This document shows, one piece after another, positions 41,980 to 56,365 of a DNA stretch of 64,000 bases. The DNA is from Octopus vulgaris (lineage: Eukaryota), in NCBI GenBank assembly GCA_951406725.2, contig OX597820.1, positions 115,444,001 through 115,508,000 on the forward strand, in the 5' to 3' direction. The number at the start of each line of letters is the position of its first letter. The stretch's first letter is position 1. A model generated the notes under the pieces. It worked only from the letters and a program-made list of their open reading frames with translations, searched no databases and was not told the DNA's origin. The position numbers and the translations under genes are program-made.

Positions 41980-42310
41980 AGTGTCAGAAGTAAGTGTTTC
42001 TGATGACGACAATAGCTAATACCTGTGATCTCTGATTAAGTAATATTTGTAGCTATTTTAATACCTGAGACTATTCAGTTAAGAATAGCCTGAACTTTCG
42101 GATTCCTTTGAAGTATAGAATCGTTTTGCCGACGATGTTTCAGGTTATTGAGTTATGATCTGATTTCTTTATTCTAAGTTTCCAGACAAATTGGGACAAA
42201 GAAGTGGAGTTTTCTTTACACATTGATCTAAATGAGTTTAGTTATTGGTAATATCTGCCTTTGAATGTATTCACAACGTGTTCCATATAATTCCTTTTCA
42301 AACCGTCTGA
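41980..42310 (-). pseudogene. Penelope-like element GIY-YIG endonuclease C-terminal remnant
   Basis: NTFKGRYYQ*LNSFRSMCKENSTSLSQFVWKLR...IT*NIV...RLFLTE...LLNQRSQ / SYCRHQK resembles the PLE motif FK.RY..H..SF...ST.LS..VW.LK...CLTEK...LLN.RSE...CRH. Confidence 0.75.
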
Positions 42311-43169
42311 GACTTTGATAGAGGGTTTTATTTCAGTGTTCTGGAGAGACATGATCCTCTCTATATAGGTTGTGGGTTTCTGAAGTTATCAGTTGGAAAC
42401 GCCAAACAGATAGCCACCCTTTTTCGTGGCAGAGAAACTTCTTAACGTTTGAACTTAATCATCGGCGCCAATTTAATGGGAGCTGACTTGAATATAATAC
42501 TGGATTTGAAAATAGGCACATAAAGACAACCAAACGAGAATAACATACATATACCCACAAATTCCAACCACTTCGCCATAATTATAAACATTGCACCTGG
42601 AATAAGTACCTATAGATGAGAGATACTTTCATAATATAACAGCGCTCTAGCTAGAAGTGGTTCTAATGAGGATCTAGTATACCAGCACCTCCCTACACGC
42701 ACGCACAAACACACGCACACACACACACACACACACACATACACACACACACACACACACACATCATAGAGCAAGGAAAAAGAAGCTATTTTATTGGGTT
42801 TAATCCACCGTACAATAAGAATGTAGCTACCAGTGCAACCAAAAACGTTTTGACTCTAGTAGGACATTTCCCACCTACACACAAATACAACTAACTCCAA
42901 AACACTATTAGTGTTAAGTTTAGCTTTTTCTTACTTAGATAATCTCGTTTTCCAGATTACACACCTCAACTGAAAACATATATTTCAACAGTCTCCACTG
43001 AAACAGCAGCTTTGAAACGGTAGAATGTCATAATTTGTCTGTTTATAGAATATTGCTTCACCAAAGTAGTGATATACAGAGTGTCTATAATAACCCCAGG
43101 CAGTATGAAAAGGGATTATACTGGAGTCAACGTGAATACATTCAAAGACTTATATTATTAGCATGTAAA

Positions 43170-43565
43170 TAGGTGCAGGAGTGGCTGTGTGGTAAGTAGC
43201 CTGCTAACCAACCACATGGTTCCGGGTTCAGTCCCATTGCGTGGCATCTTGGGCAAGTGTCTTCTGCTATAGCCCCGGGCCGACCAATGCCTCAGACGGA
43301 AACTGAAAGAAGCCTGTCGTATATATGTATATATATATATATATATATGTGTTTGTGTGTCTGTGTTTGTCCCCCTAGCATTGCTTGACAACCGATGCTG
43401 GTGTGTTTACGTCCCCGTCACTTAGCGGTTCGGCAAAAAAGAGACCGATAGAATAAGTACTGGGCTTACAAAGAATAAGTCCCGGGGTCGATTTGCTCGA
43501 CTAAAAGGCGGTGCTCCAGTATGGCCGCAGTCAAATGACTGAAACAAGTAAAAGAGTAAAGAGTA
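43170..43565 (+). mobile_element. SINE family A
   Basis: A box TGGCTGTGTGG, B box GGTTCAGTCCC, internal (TA)n, tail GTAAAAGAGTAAAGAG. Confidence 0.88.
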
Positions 43566-44198
43566 TACATTCAGGTCAAGAGATAAGATAACATATCCAA
43601 TGTCTTGTCCCATTCCGTCTGGAAACTTAGGGACTAGGGATTGAAATGTGCCTCATAATATTGAACATGGCTATGCAGAAAGTTCAAAATATTAAAACAA
43701 CCAGCAATATTAATTGGATATTAGAGATTTTGTCTAGATGTCAACATTGGAGACAATTTCTTCTGCCTGGTTTCCATGCACCCTTAAAATCCATAAGTCC
43801 CACTGAGTAGCTATCCCTAAATGAGAGTAAGTCTGGACCAGAAGCTTTTCGTTACACATAATAGTCTATCTAACAACATTTGACTTGCTTTGACCAATGA
43901 AATTCAACCTGGTTTGTGCCCTACCAACAAACAGTTTCATTCACCAAGTATTATATGAAAGAGAGTATTTGTACCTCTACAAGTCAGTGAAACTCTGAGT
44001 AGCTGTGGAGTGAATTATCAGATGGTTCCCAGTACTCTGTCTGTCTGTCTCTCTCTGTCTCTTTCTGTCTGTCTCTCTCTCTCTCTCACACACACACATA
44101 CACACACAAACACAAATACAGTAGTGGAAAGGATTATAATCTTGAATTATGTTAATATCGTCTCCATTTTTTGTCTGATTGTGTCGTGTGTGTTTGTT

Positions 44199-44253
<55 letters not shown>

Positions 44254-44704
44254 ATGTATGTATGTATGTATGTATGTATATGCCTGTATGTATATGCATG
44301 CAGATGAGAGTTCTTGCCTCCGATCACATCGCTGGCTCGCGTGTGACGATAAGACACGTTGCAGACAGATGTATTCTGCATTGCTCTGTACAAGAGGGTT
44401 TTTTTCTTTTATACAATTCTAGCGCGCGCGTGTGTGTGTGAACCACCCCCACATACCTTTATTTCCTTGCTCCTCTCTCTCTCTCTTCATATCTCCTTTT
44501 CTCTCTTTCTTGTCTTTCTCTAGACTTTCCATATGTATCCAACGAAGAACTTTGTCCGAAATGCTGTACTTTTTCTCTATAAAATCTTATTCCATAACTT
44601 TATTCCTTGTTTAAGGGTCAACTTATTAAGTGATCTACCCTTGGACTTCTGTTCTTTTCTCTATCTGTCACCTCTCTCTCTCTCTCTCACTCTACGTATC
44701 TTTT

Positions 44705-45110
44705 TATTCTTTTACTTGTTTCAGTCATTTGCCTGCGCCCATGCTGGAGCACCGCCTTTAGTCGAGCAAATAGACCCTAAGACTTATTCTTTGTAAGCCT
44801 AGTACTTATTCTATCGAACGGGGACGTAAACACACCAGCATCGGTTGTCAAGCGATGTTGGGGGGGGGGGAGACAACACAGACACACAAACATATACACA
44901 CATATACACACATATACACACATCACACACAGACACATATATTATATACATGTATACGACGGGCTTCTTTCAGTTTCCGTCTACCAAATCCACTCGCAAG
45001 GCTTTGGTCAGCCCAAGGCTATAGTAGAAGACACTTGCCCAAGGTGCAATGCAGTGGGACTGAACCCGGAGCCATGTGGTTGGGAAGCAAGCTACTTACC
45101 ACACAGCTAC
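44705..45110 (-). mobile_element. SINE family A
   Basis: Reverse copy. Confidence 0.85.
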
Positions 45111-45485
45111 TCATTTATATGAGCAATCCAGAAGACATCTGCCTGCAATGTGCCTAAATCCCTAACCCTGTGCTTGCGATATGATTGAAGGCAGGTGACC
45201 TCTTCATGGTGTTTTCATTCTATGTCCATGCACTTCAACGCCTGTTTGTTCAGTGATTTACTTGACGGTGAGTAGGTCTCTACGGGGGCGCTCAATCTGC
45301 TAGAGTTAGCAGTCAAATCTCCCTCAAAACACATCCTGTTTTCTTAGAAAAATACAAGATGCTCTGTACGTTTTCATAAGTGTTTGTATTCACAGACTCA
45401 TGTTGTCTTTCATCATATAGCAAAGTGTAGCATGCTGACTGTTCGAAACCCGCCAAGCTGCTTCATGGGATGATAATATTCCATT

Positions 45486-45580
<95 letters not shown>

Positions 45581-45584
<4 letters not shown>

Positions 45585-45739
45585 GGAGTGCTGTGTGGTA
45601 AGTAGCTTGCTAACCAACCACATGGTTCTGGGTTCAGTCCCACTGCGTGGCATCTTGGGCAAGTGTCTTCTGCTATAGCCCCGGGCCGACCAATGCCTTG
45701 TGAGTGGATTTGGTAGACGGAAACTGAAAGAAGCCCGTC

Positions 45740-45776
<37 letters not shown>

Positions 45777-45995
45777 AATGTGTGTGTGTTTGTCCCCCTA
45801 GCATTGCTTGACAACCGATGCTGGTGTGTTTATGTCCCCGTCACTTAGCGGTTCGGCAAAAAAAGAGACCGATAGAATAAGTACTGGGCTTACAAAAGAA
45901 TAAGTCCCGGGGTCGAGTTGCTCGACTAAAGGCGGTGCTCCAGCATGGCCGCAGTCAAATGACTGAAACAAGTAAAAGAGTAAAAGAGTAAAGAG
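45581..45995 (+). mobile_element. SINE family A
   Basis: Full copy preceded by (CT)n(TA)n. Confidence 0.88.
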
Positions 45996-46273
45996 ATATG
46001 TACACACACACACACCATTTAAACAAAAATGAACGAGACAAATAACTCGAGTTTCCAGTGTCATATATTTGAACAACTTAGGCAAGTACAGATCTGTCAA
46101 ATACCATACACCATAGATTCTTCATTTATTGTGATTATTTCCGCATCTGGATGATGTATCATAATTATATCAACTGGCAGTTAAGACTAACTCAACTTGG
46201 GAAGGGGAGATAATCTCAAGAATCAACAATTCTCCATCATTGACATTAAGGAAATGGACAGGAGACAAGAGGA

Positions 46274-46322
46274 CAATCGCATAAACGTGTTTCTGGCTCA
46301 ATAGTCGTCATCAGCACGACTG
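46274..46322 (-). ncRNA. Hammerhead motif, slightly decayed
   Basis: cagtcgtg CTGATGA c gact attg agcc a GAAA cacgtt TA tgcgattg. Confidence 0.65.
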
Positions 46323-49082
46323 TTTTCCGATCTTATCCTATGTAGTCAATGGCATGTTTTGTTCTTCTTATGTTCGTCTAATAGACTTTTCCGGCGATGG
46401 ATAAACGCCTCTGAGTTAATGGTGGTGGGTGACTTCCTCCAAAAGTGTCTCTTATTCTACTCACACAGTTGCGAATAAACCATGTGGGAGTTTGGGGTGG
46501 TTGTTTGAGAATATACCGAAGAGGATAGCATCAATCATTCGCTTCATTGATTTAGATGTATCAGAGATGAACACACATTTTCAGTCAATTAGATGACTTC
46601 AAGTACAAGTTTCAGGGACATAAACCTGTCCCTATCTTCAGTTGTTACTCCTTAACAACTTCAGGTCAATGAAAGAACCTCCGCGTGGCCGTTCAGTCTG
46701 CTTAAAATAACAACTAAATGTAAAGGGGTAATGTAATTGTATATACTCCTAAAAGGGGCCGGGTGGTTAAATATTTGTATTTCCATGCATCACTCAATGT
46801 AAAGTTCCCATCTTTGAATGTCCGTTATCGATCTTATGTACCTTGCATGTTTATTTATGCATCACTTCCGTCACCTCCCTCTTTCCTTTCTTTATTACAT
46901 ACATAACGCCTAAATGAGTCCAAGAGCCTCGTTGACTCTAGCTTCTAGAAATAGCAACCCATCTCCCTCTACTCATACACCTTACCGTCATCAAAAGGGT
47001 AGGGCATTAGTTCGAGACAACATTAAAACCAGATAGGGTGGTCACAGATGGAAATAGAATGTTTTTCTTGCTCGATTAGGGTTGATCTGGGGCTAACACT
47101 CCAGCAGGATATGAAGAGTCCCCTACGTGGTCTCTCGATTTACTAAAAATGGTAGACTAAACATCTCCTTGAAGCTACATTCGCATTTCGTAATGTAGTC
47201 CGAAATACAATTCTTGAAAACCACACGGACGGCTGGAAAACCTTTCGTGATAAATGTCTGCTTAATCAACACTGACTTGGGGACTAAACAACGAGTGGAT
47301 ATGTAATAGATAATTATGCCAAATGATGTGAAGTAACAGAAATGTCCCCCTTCCTGTGTTCCACGACCGGCTTGGTGTCGATATTATACACGCTTTTCTA
47401 TAGACTCCAGCTGCAGTCGATAGTGATGATGATGATGATGATATCGATCCAGTCGGTGTTATTCAATGGTTTCCGACGAGCATGTCGCAATAACCCCTGT
47501 GTGTCGTATGCAGTAGTTTGGTGTCGAGCATAGTAGTTCGTACATTAATCATCAGGTGACAAGGTAACGCGGCCCGCAGTAACGAAGTAAAATACAGATT
47601 CGGTCCACCTCTTCGCTACAAATACGTGCGGCCTTGTGCCAATCTAAGAAATCATAATTTATTCTCTACTGAATAAGGCGTTGCGACATTTCAAAGGACA
47701 TAATGCTATGCGTTATTGATGACCGGTAATCAGTTCGGTTTTGTTTCTATAACAGTTTACGCATGCACTAGCTCCAGTCTTGTTTGGGGGCTGTCTACAA
47801 GGGCCATCGGTGATTATATCAACTTCCACGGTTTGTAGCATTCTGGTAATTTTATCGATTCCTATTTACCGAACCTCTGCGAGACGCAACTTAAACAGCG
47901 ACACAGTTGGACTTACAGGTGTGAACGTAAACACCGATACGGAGACACACGATGAAACCCTGTACTGCTTCCGTCTGTCAAATTCCACTCATAAAATATA
48001 AGTCAATCCCAAGTTATGACAGAAGACTCTTACCAAAGGGTGCTGCACAGCAGAATCGAACTTGGAATGACGTGGTTGCGAGCCGAAAATCCTAACCACA
48101 CAGCCATACTTGCGTCTATTGTTTAGCTTTTTGAGTTTTTCAAAACATACCTTGGCTTTCCTACCTCTGTTTTGAGATGAGAGTTTCCTTTACGTAGTAA
48201 TTCGATTTGCTAAAAATAGCAGCCGAGTTTTCCTAAAAATCATCACATCCTGCCGTCTGAATAAACGAATGTGTATCCACTCAATTTATCTGTGTATCTA
48301 ACCATGTATTTAACGCATACGTATCTATACTATAATATCTATAATACTCTGACAGCAATAACCGTTTGCCTCGCTAATGTATCTAATTGGCAGCCTGACA
48401 CCTTAATGTATCTCTCAGCATGTCTGTCTGTTTATGTATCCCTGTCTTTCCGGCTACTTTTCCCCGCAATGCTTGCTTCCTTGCTGCCTAGCTTCCCCCT
48501 TTCCTTCCGCTCATACACGCATCAAAACTAGCCAACGAGTGGTCCTCTACTTAGTCGCTCAAGTTGCTAGAAATAACAGCCAGATATTCCTTTAATCACA
48601 TTCTACCATTTTGAAAAGAGAGAAGCGCATTTGATAACGTAATTCCAAATATGTAATACCTGATACAAGGACGTTATTGACTGGAATGCTTTTGACCATT
48701 GGTCGGCATTAGTCCCGGCTGACTTGGTGATAAATAAAACACATCTATATTATTGCGATGGGCAGAAATCCATTTATCCTTACTCACATTTTCTATTCTA
48801 TGCATAATATAGTATGCTATATACACCTATGTAAAGAAAGTGAATTGAAAATTTTCGATCAACTGAAATAATCAGAGCAGTTAGCAAACAAAAACTTCCA
48901 TTCAATCTTTTCTTCTTTTTTTTCGCTTTGTCAGTATTATAAGGATTGCCTCTATGGCCAATGAAAGAAAGCATTATCTTTTGAAGTTGGGTATAGAAAC
49001 CGGACACGTCTTCCAATTTATAAAATTTATGACGTCATATTTATATACAGTTGTGGGGCGGGGTGTAAATATTTATAGCAAC

Positions 49083-49129
<47 letters not shown>

Positions 49130-49229
49130 CAATCGTTTACAGATCCCAGGTTTTCACCTGTCTTTTATGAAAAACCGGTCATTAAAGGAGTTACGAGGTT
49201 CTCATGTGTGAATGCGTGTATCTTATATA

Positions 49230-49845
49230 TTTTACTTGTTTCAGTCATTGGACTGCGGCCATGCTGGAGCACTGCCTTGAAATGTTTCTAGTCGAACAAA
49301 TCTACCCCAGTACTTACCTATTTAGTTGGTTTCTTTTGCCGAATCTCTAGGTTGCGGGGACCTAAACAAACCAACAACGGTTGTCAAGCTGTGGAGTGGA
49401 TAAACACACTCGCAAAGATGCATACACTCACACAAACACATATATAATATAATGGTAAAAAGCTTGCTTTTTAACCATATGGTTCGAGGTTCAGTCCCAC
49501 TGCGTGGCACCTTGCACATGTGTCTTCTACTATAGCCTCGGGCTGACCAAAGCTTTGTGAGTGGATTTAGTAGACAGAAACTGAAAGAAGCCCGTCATAT
49601 ATATGTATATATCTATGTGAGCGTGTCTTTGTGTCTGTGTTTTCCCCACCCCCACCATCGCTCGACAACCGGTGTTAGTGTGTTTACGTCTCCGTAACCT
49701 AGCGGTTCGGTAAACAGACCGATAGAATAGGTACTAGGCTTTAAAAGAAAGTAAGTCCTGGGGTCGATTTGTTCGACTAAAACCCGTCAAGGCAGTGCCC
49801 CTGTATGGCCGTAGTCAAAAATTACTGAAACAAGTAAAAGGTAAA
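49230..49845. mobile_element. SINE family A: minus 3' half joined to a plus copy
   Basis: Minus 49230-49440; plus 49452-49845. Confidence 0.75.
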
Positions 49846-49847
49846 CG

Positions 49848-49878
<31 letters not shown>

Positions 49879-50325
49879 TCACATGTGGTTACATTTTGAA
49901 ATGACCGACTAATATATATATATATATATTAGTCGGTCATTTATTTCAAATGTAACCACATGTGAATCGTTGGCGATTTTCTTCCCTCGTCTTCCTTTCT
50001 ATTGGACTTTCTTCTGTTTCCGAAGAAGAGCGTCTGTTCGAAAGGTTAAACCATCTTTCCTTCCTTCCCTGAGCGTCTGCTAATACATTACATGTACCAC
50101 GTCTTCGCGTTGTTGTGTTTGTTGGTTTTGGGACTTACTATGTATTTATGTATGTATGACGGGCTTCCGCACAGTTTCCGTCTACCAACTTCTTCACTCA
50201 CAAGGCATTGCCAGACCCTGAGCTATAGTAAATGACTCTTGCCCAAGCTGACGTACGATGTGACTGAACCCGAACTTCAGTGGTCGCAAAGCGAGCTTCT
50301 TAACTATACAGCCATTCTTATGCCT

Positions 50326-50406
<81 letters not shown>

Positions 50407-50565
50407 TGTGTGTGTGTGTAAAATATATCATTAAGATATGTGCGATATTTTCCTTCCAAATTGTTGTTTTCATTGAATGTTTATTAAAATTTACCACAGA
50501 GATTTGGAGGCTAACAGGAGTATTAAGATTAACTATCTGAACGTTTTGGCAGAGATTTGTAGCTA

Positions 50566-51065
<500 letters not shown>

Positions 51066-51635
51066 AATAAGACTAGCGAGTGTAATTCTCTTGTAGTTTG
51101 GCGCTACTTTATGCTGGTAAATCTTTCTTGGTTTATTCAACTCTCTCCTCGCCCAAAGAAGGTGGAGCAATCACTTCTTGGCAATTTGGGCCAACTACGA
51201 GCGATAAAGGGGATCATCTCAAGAATGAAGAGTTTTCCAAAACTGACTTGCCATTAGAGAAAAGTTGGTCAAATTGTCTGGACACAGGAGACCAGCTCTG
51301 GACACGTTCCTGCATCAATAAGCGTCATCAGTGCAGTAGTTTTCCTACATTATTTCCTTTGGAACAAGATAGACCTAAACAAAAACGAGTAGAACACGTT
51401 TATGACCTTGGGAATTTGCACATATAAAACGAAAATGGGGTATGAGAAATAACACTGAATAGGGAAGTGCACGCCGTACTGATGATGCCTGTTGAGCAGA
51501 AACACCACTCCACAGCGGTCCTCTTGTTTCCAATCAAACTGCCTTAATGACACGCCCTGTATCTATGTGTGTCATATATATATATATATATATATTATAT
51601 TATATTATATTATATTATATTATATTATATTGTAT

Positions 51636-52151
51636 TAGAGGAAAGAAAAAACGAAGGCAGAACGAGTATCTCAAGTCATTTAGAATAATTTAATTAGGGT
51701 AAAGTGAATTTGAAGTCTTACAGCTGTTTCTGTGATAACTCTAGTAGTAGGTTAACATGTCTACACATGGGCTTCCCGTCATCAGAGGCAAGGTATGAAT
51801 ATTTTCAACAAGGAAAATTTATTGTTTACAAAGAATAAAATTCACAGTTTATAAGGAATAAAATGAAAAATAAAAGAGTAAAAAAAACCGACCAACATCC
51901 ATATCCTCTTGAAAAAAATGAATTGTGAACATTATTCTCCTGTCTATATTCTTCTAACTACCTTTACTCTTTATTCTTCTATTTACTCCTTTATTCTATT
52001 TTATTCCTTATAAACTATGAATTTTATTCCTTGTAAACTGTAAATTTTCCTTGTCTAAAATATTCATACCTTGTCTCTGATGACGGGGTGCCCAGTGTGT
52101 GGACATGTTATCCTACCACTTGAATTATCCCAGAAACGGCCGTAAGACTTC
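51636..52151. mobile_element. Fold-back element with a hammerhead in each arm
   Basis: Arms about 51711-51880 and 51960-52151. Minus motif 51715-51789: CTGATGA c ggga...atcac a GAAA cagctg TA agac. Plus motif 52073-52148: gtct CTGATGA c gggg...atccc a GAAA cggccg TA agac. Starts after a (TA)n/(TATAT)n tract. Confidence 0.8.
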
Positions 52152-52342
52152 CACGCCGCAAGTGTTATCCAAGGGAAAAGCAACAACAGATACAGCTTGG
52201 CACCAGTGACGTCGCAACTCATTTCTACAGCTGAGTGAAGTGGAGCAACGTGAAATAAAGTGTCTTGCTCAAGAACACAACACGCAGCCCGGTCCGGGAT
52301 TGGAGCTCACAACCTCACGATCGTGAGCTCGACGCTCTAACC
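52152..52342 (-). mobile_element. tRNA-derived SINE family C (CORE-like), 5' part
   Basis: Minus: GGCGCATGGCTCAGTGGTTAGAGCG...TGTGTTCTTGAGCAAGACACTTTATTTC; diverged plus copy about 57235-57450. Confidence 0.75.
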
Positions 52343-52367
52343 ACTGAGCCATGCGCCTTCACATATA

Positions 52368-52460
<93 letters not shown>

Positions 52461-53437
52461 TAATATATATATGTGTGTGTTTATATATATGTATATATAT
52501 ATATGTGTGTGTATATATATATATATAATATAAATAATATTTAAATATATGCATACATATATGTACATACCTACATATATATTTATATATACATGTGTAT
52601 ATATATATATATATAGAATGCATAACATATATTATATATACGATATATGTAATATACATACATACATACACATGAAAGTGCGTATAAAAGTGTATAAACC
52701 ATTTTCCTGTATCTCACAGCTACTGTCTACCTCATACGGTGAAGTAGGAAGCAACCTTAATGTTTGTCTTCCCTGGCAGTACGCTGCCTCTTCTTCAGCA
52801 GAACTCCTGCTAAGCCGTCACGCAGTCACAAAGTGTAAATGGGTGTTGTGGAGCGTCAAAATAACTTGGCAGAGAATCTGAAAGCAGCAGTGGGCCCCAG
52901 TGATACATTATGCAGTCATACATTACTCTGGTGGATGTGCTCTGACATTTATCAATTACGTTCTGCCTTGCTATTTTGTGAGTGGGTCCCAGAAGTCCAA
53001 AGGAGCTCACTCCGTGGCGATGACGGTCAACTTTAAGGAGGTTTCCGACAGGCTGGACTTCGGGCATCCCCCTTGTTGAAAGTACCAATCGTTTTCAGTT
53101 GCCTCTGCTGTTGTATCTCCTTCACTGTGAAGATTTTGGGAAGTACCCACGATATATACTTCCACTTCCGTAATTTCTTCTTTCTTCAGAGTACATAATA
53201 GATTAGCATAAGGCGTTAACAACGCGATTCTGTGATCACCTGTGTGATTGCATCCCCGTTGCTGTTGCGCCTTAAAGAGCGTGTTTATCATAAGATGCAC
53301 AGTTGAAGAAGATGGCCATCACTGAATTCGTTGGACAACTATAAGCAGCTAAACAAGTCTTCTACTCACACCCTTGAGGAGTAAAAATGAGGAAAAGAAG
53401 AATACTGTGAATGGGAAAGGAAAAGGCTGCATACATA

Positions 53438-53482
<45 letters not shown>

Positions 53483-53618
53483 CACGCGCAAGAACAGACA
53501 TGCCGCACACTCAAGAACATGCACTAATCAATCAACTTGTTCAGAGCCCAATATCAATGAACACAAACGCTACCTTACAGATAGCGTGTTCGCGCTAGTG
53601 CGTATGCGTGTGTATGCG

Positions 53619-53682
<64 letters not shown>

Positions 53683-54402
53683 TGCAAGTTGTGTGTATAT
53701 ACTTCTATAAGATATATAAATATGGATATATATATATATATATATATAGGCACACACACACAGACATATATATGCATATATACATACACACATATTTATA
53801 CAAACATTACATACATACACACACACACACAATGTATATGTACATAATATACATGTGTGTGCTTTTGAATGTGTTAGGCATAAATAGCAGTACCAGATAT
53901 GTGTAATGTACATTAAAGCATCTGTTTGTGCGTGTGTGCTGTATTATTGATGTGGGATTTAAAAAGAGAAATAAATCGTCGCCCATTAACAGCTGAGAGA
54001 GGTGAGTGGTAATCATCAGCTTAAAGGTGGGTGGGGTGGGGTGGGGGGCATACCACGGAGAAAAACAAGAACGTAGAATGGTTTGCGATGTTTAGTTACG
54101 TCCCTTTATCCTTCGGCTCGAGTTCGCACCGAGTTAGCTTTATTTCTTATCTCCTGGGTCGATATAATCGAAGATTCCTTTCGTTCCAAAATGCCAGGCC
54201 CGATGCCTGACATTAGAAATGACTAGAGAAACAATATTGCTGTTACTTAGCTCCGAGTCAGTAATGACCAATCAGTCACATGATCAAAGGCGTTCCGGCT
54301 ATGACTAACTACCCTCTCCCATCAATTTTCCATATGATAAAATGTGCATGTATGGATGTATGTGTGTGTGTGTGTAGATAGATATGGATGTATGTGTATA
54401 TA

Positions 54403-54434
<32 letters not shown>

Positions 54435-54464
54435 ATGAATATATATATATATGAATATTTATCA

Positions 54465-54497
<33 letters not shown>

Positions 54498-54512
54498 GAT
54501 GTGTGTTTTTTT

Positions 54513-54549
<37 letters not shown>

Positions 54550-54680
54550 ATATATATATATATTCTTCTAATATATATATATATATATGTATGTATTTAT
54601 ATATTTATATATGTATGTGTGTGTGCGTGCGCATCTATACATATATGTATGTATGCATACACGTATTAATTTACGTGTTT

Positions 54681-54733
<53 letters not shown>

Positions 54734-55399
54734 CACAAAGTTTGATATTTGTGTACATACACGCATGCATACATACCAATGTGTGTGTGTACGTACGTAC
54801 GTATGTATAAGCGAGTGCAAAATGATATGAGAAAACTCTTGTAGCCGCAAATCAAAATCTATCTGGAAGCACTTGTTAGTCTGTCATCATGAAAAAAATG
54901 GTCTTATCTCATTTCTCTCAATATCTATATGTATATGTCGATTGTAAATTAAAGGTAAAGGTTGACTGTCAAAATCTTTGACCTTAATCTAGTTATTTTA
55001 TTTTATTTTTTGTTTTTGTTGTTCCCATATATTTGGCTGTTCTAATATTATATAATTGTAGATGTTAGCGACATTTCACTCAGATTTGCCGCAAAATGTC
55101 AAAGGTTTCTTTCTCTCTGGAGTTCATTTGCTCTTAGATAAAATGTGTGACATTTTAGTGTGTCTCTAAAATACATCTGTACAAGGATGTTTGTAATAAA
55201 ACGAAAAAAGTAAATAGAAAAACAAGAGAAAAACACATGTCCGAGTGTTTTCGACCTGTTAGAAATAGTTGTCAAATCTCCCTCTAAACACACCCTGTTG
55301 TCTTTGGTGACATGGTGCGTTGGGTGATGTAATCCCTAGAAACTCTATGTATGGAATAAAAGACGGGAAGATGGCGGTTGATAGGCTTTGATTTCTGGT

Positions 55400-55710
55400 C
55401 TAGTCTTCTTTAAAGAACCCTTAAACGTGCACCTCACTTCTCTTCTCGTGTGCATTGTTTCTCTGTTGAGCTTCCTGTTTGTCTTAAGTAATTTTATTCT
55501 GATAGCTTCTTTCCGAGAGCCGCTACTCAGTGAAACTTGTTACCATCCATTATCTTGTGCTCTTCTTGTTTTCCTCTGGTCTGTGATTGATATTCAATCC
55601 TTTAAAGTTTCTGTCAATTGACGTCCTTTGAATTTGTAGGCCTCTTGTTTTCCTTTCTTTGTGGTCCCGTATGCTACTTGTCCCCTCAAGCCTTGTTTGG
55701 GAGAAAATAA
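55400..55710 (-). pseudogene. Possible RTE/BovB-like LINE C-terminal remnant
   Basis: GQVAYGTTKKGKQ..KFK / DRNFKGLNIN / AQDNGW in shifting frames. Confidence 0.45.
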
Positions 55711-55879
55711 TATTTTAGAAAGAAAACTCTGAAGTTTGTTTATATAGCTTTATTCAACAGCAGCCTGTCATAAGGGACTTGGCTATTTACCTCAAATGAT
55801 GAGACTGGTAGCTAGATGTAGCAGTGAGAGACCGTGGATATTTTTTTAAAATTCCAAATCACTGAAGAATCACGTTCTT

Positions 55880-56365
55880 CCGGGATGCAAAATTTTTTTC
55901 CCACGAGAGTTCCGGACCCCAGTTATGAACTCATTTGCATACAGCCAATCAGAGCTCAACTGTCAAATTAATTTATGAGCGCATAACAAATGATGGGCGA
56001 TAAGATAAGGTCACTTGGGTAAGGAATGACCATGCTTCTTTTCTCTTTTGATAATGCTTGTTGTTCTGGTTCTTTTTCCAACCATGGCTGCCTCTGCGTA
56101 GTTATGTTGTTGTTTACTTTATAAAGCAGAAAAGGGAGGGGATTGCTAGCATATCACCCTCTACCCACATTTTCCCCATCCACATCTTTACCATATGGGG
56201 CCCTAACAAAATCCGATAACAGGTATAGATGCAAATCTATCTAATTACTTGTCCCCTTCTAAAATCAGGCAGAACTTGGTGATCGGTCGACTTAAAACAG
56301 CGTTCTTCGTCTTGAGTTTACTTGGCAGAGTGTGTTCGTTAACTTGACAACGAGGTCGAGGTGAG
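55880..56365. mobile_element. Second copy of the 4320-4874 MITE, lacking the right TIR
   Basis: Colinear high similarity to 4320-4800. Confidence 0.85.

Noticed and set aside
52270-52342. tRNA gene
   Set aside because: tRNA-like SINE head continuing into SINE body; B box degenerate
52740-53060. Possible Tc1 transposase N-terminal remnant (minus)
   Set aside because: Only faint similarity across several frameshifts
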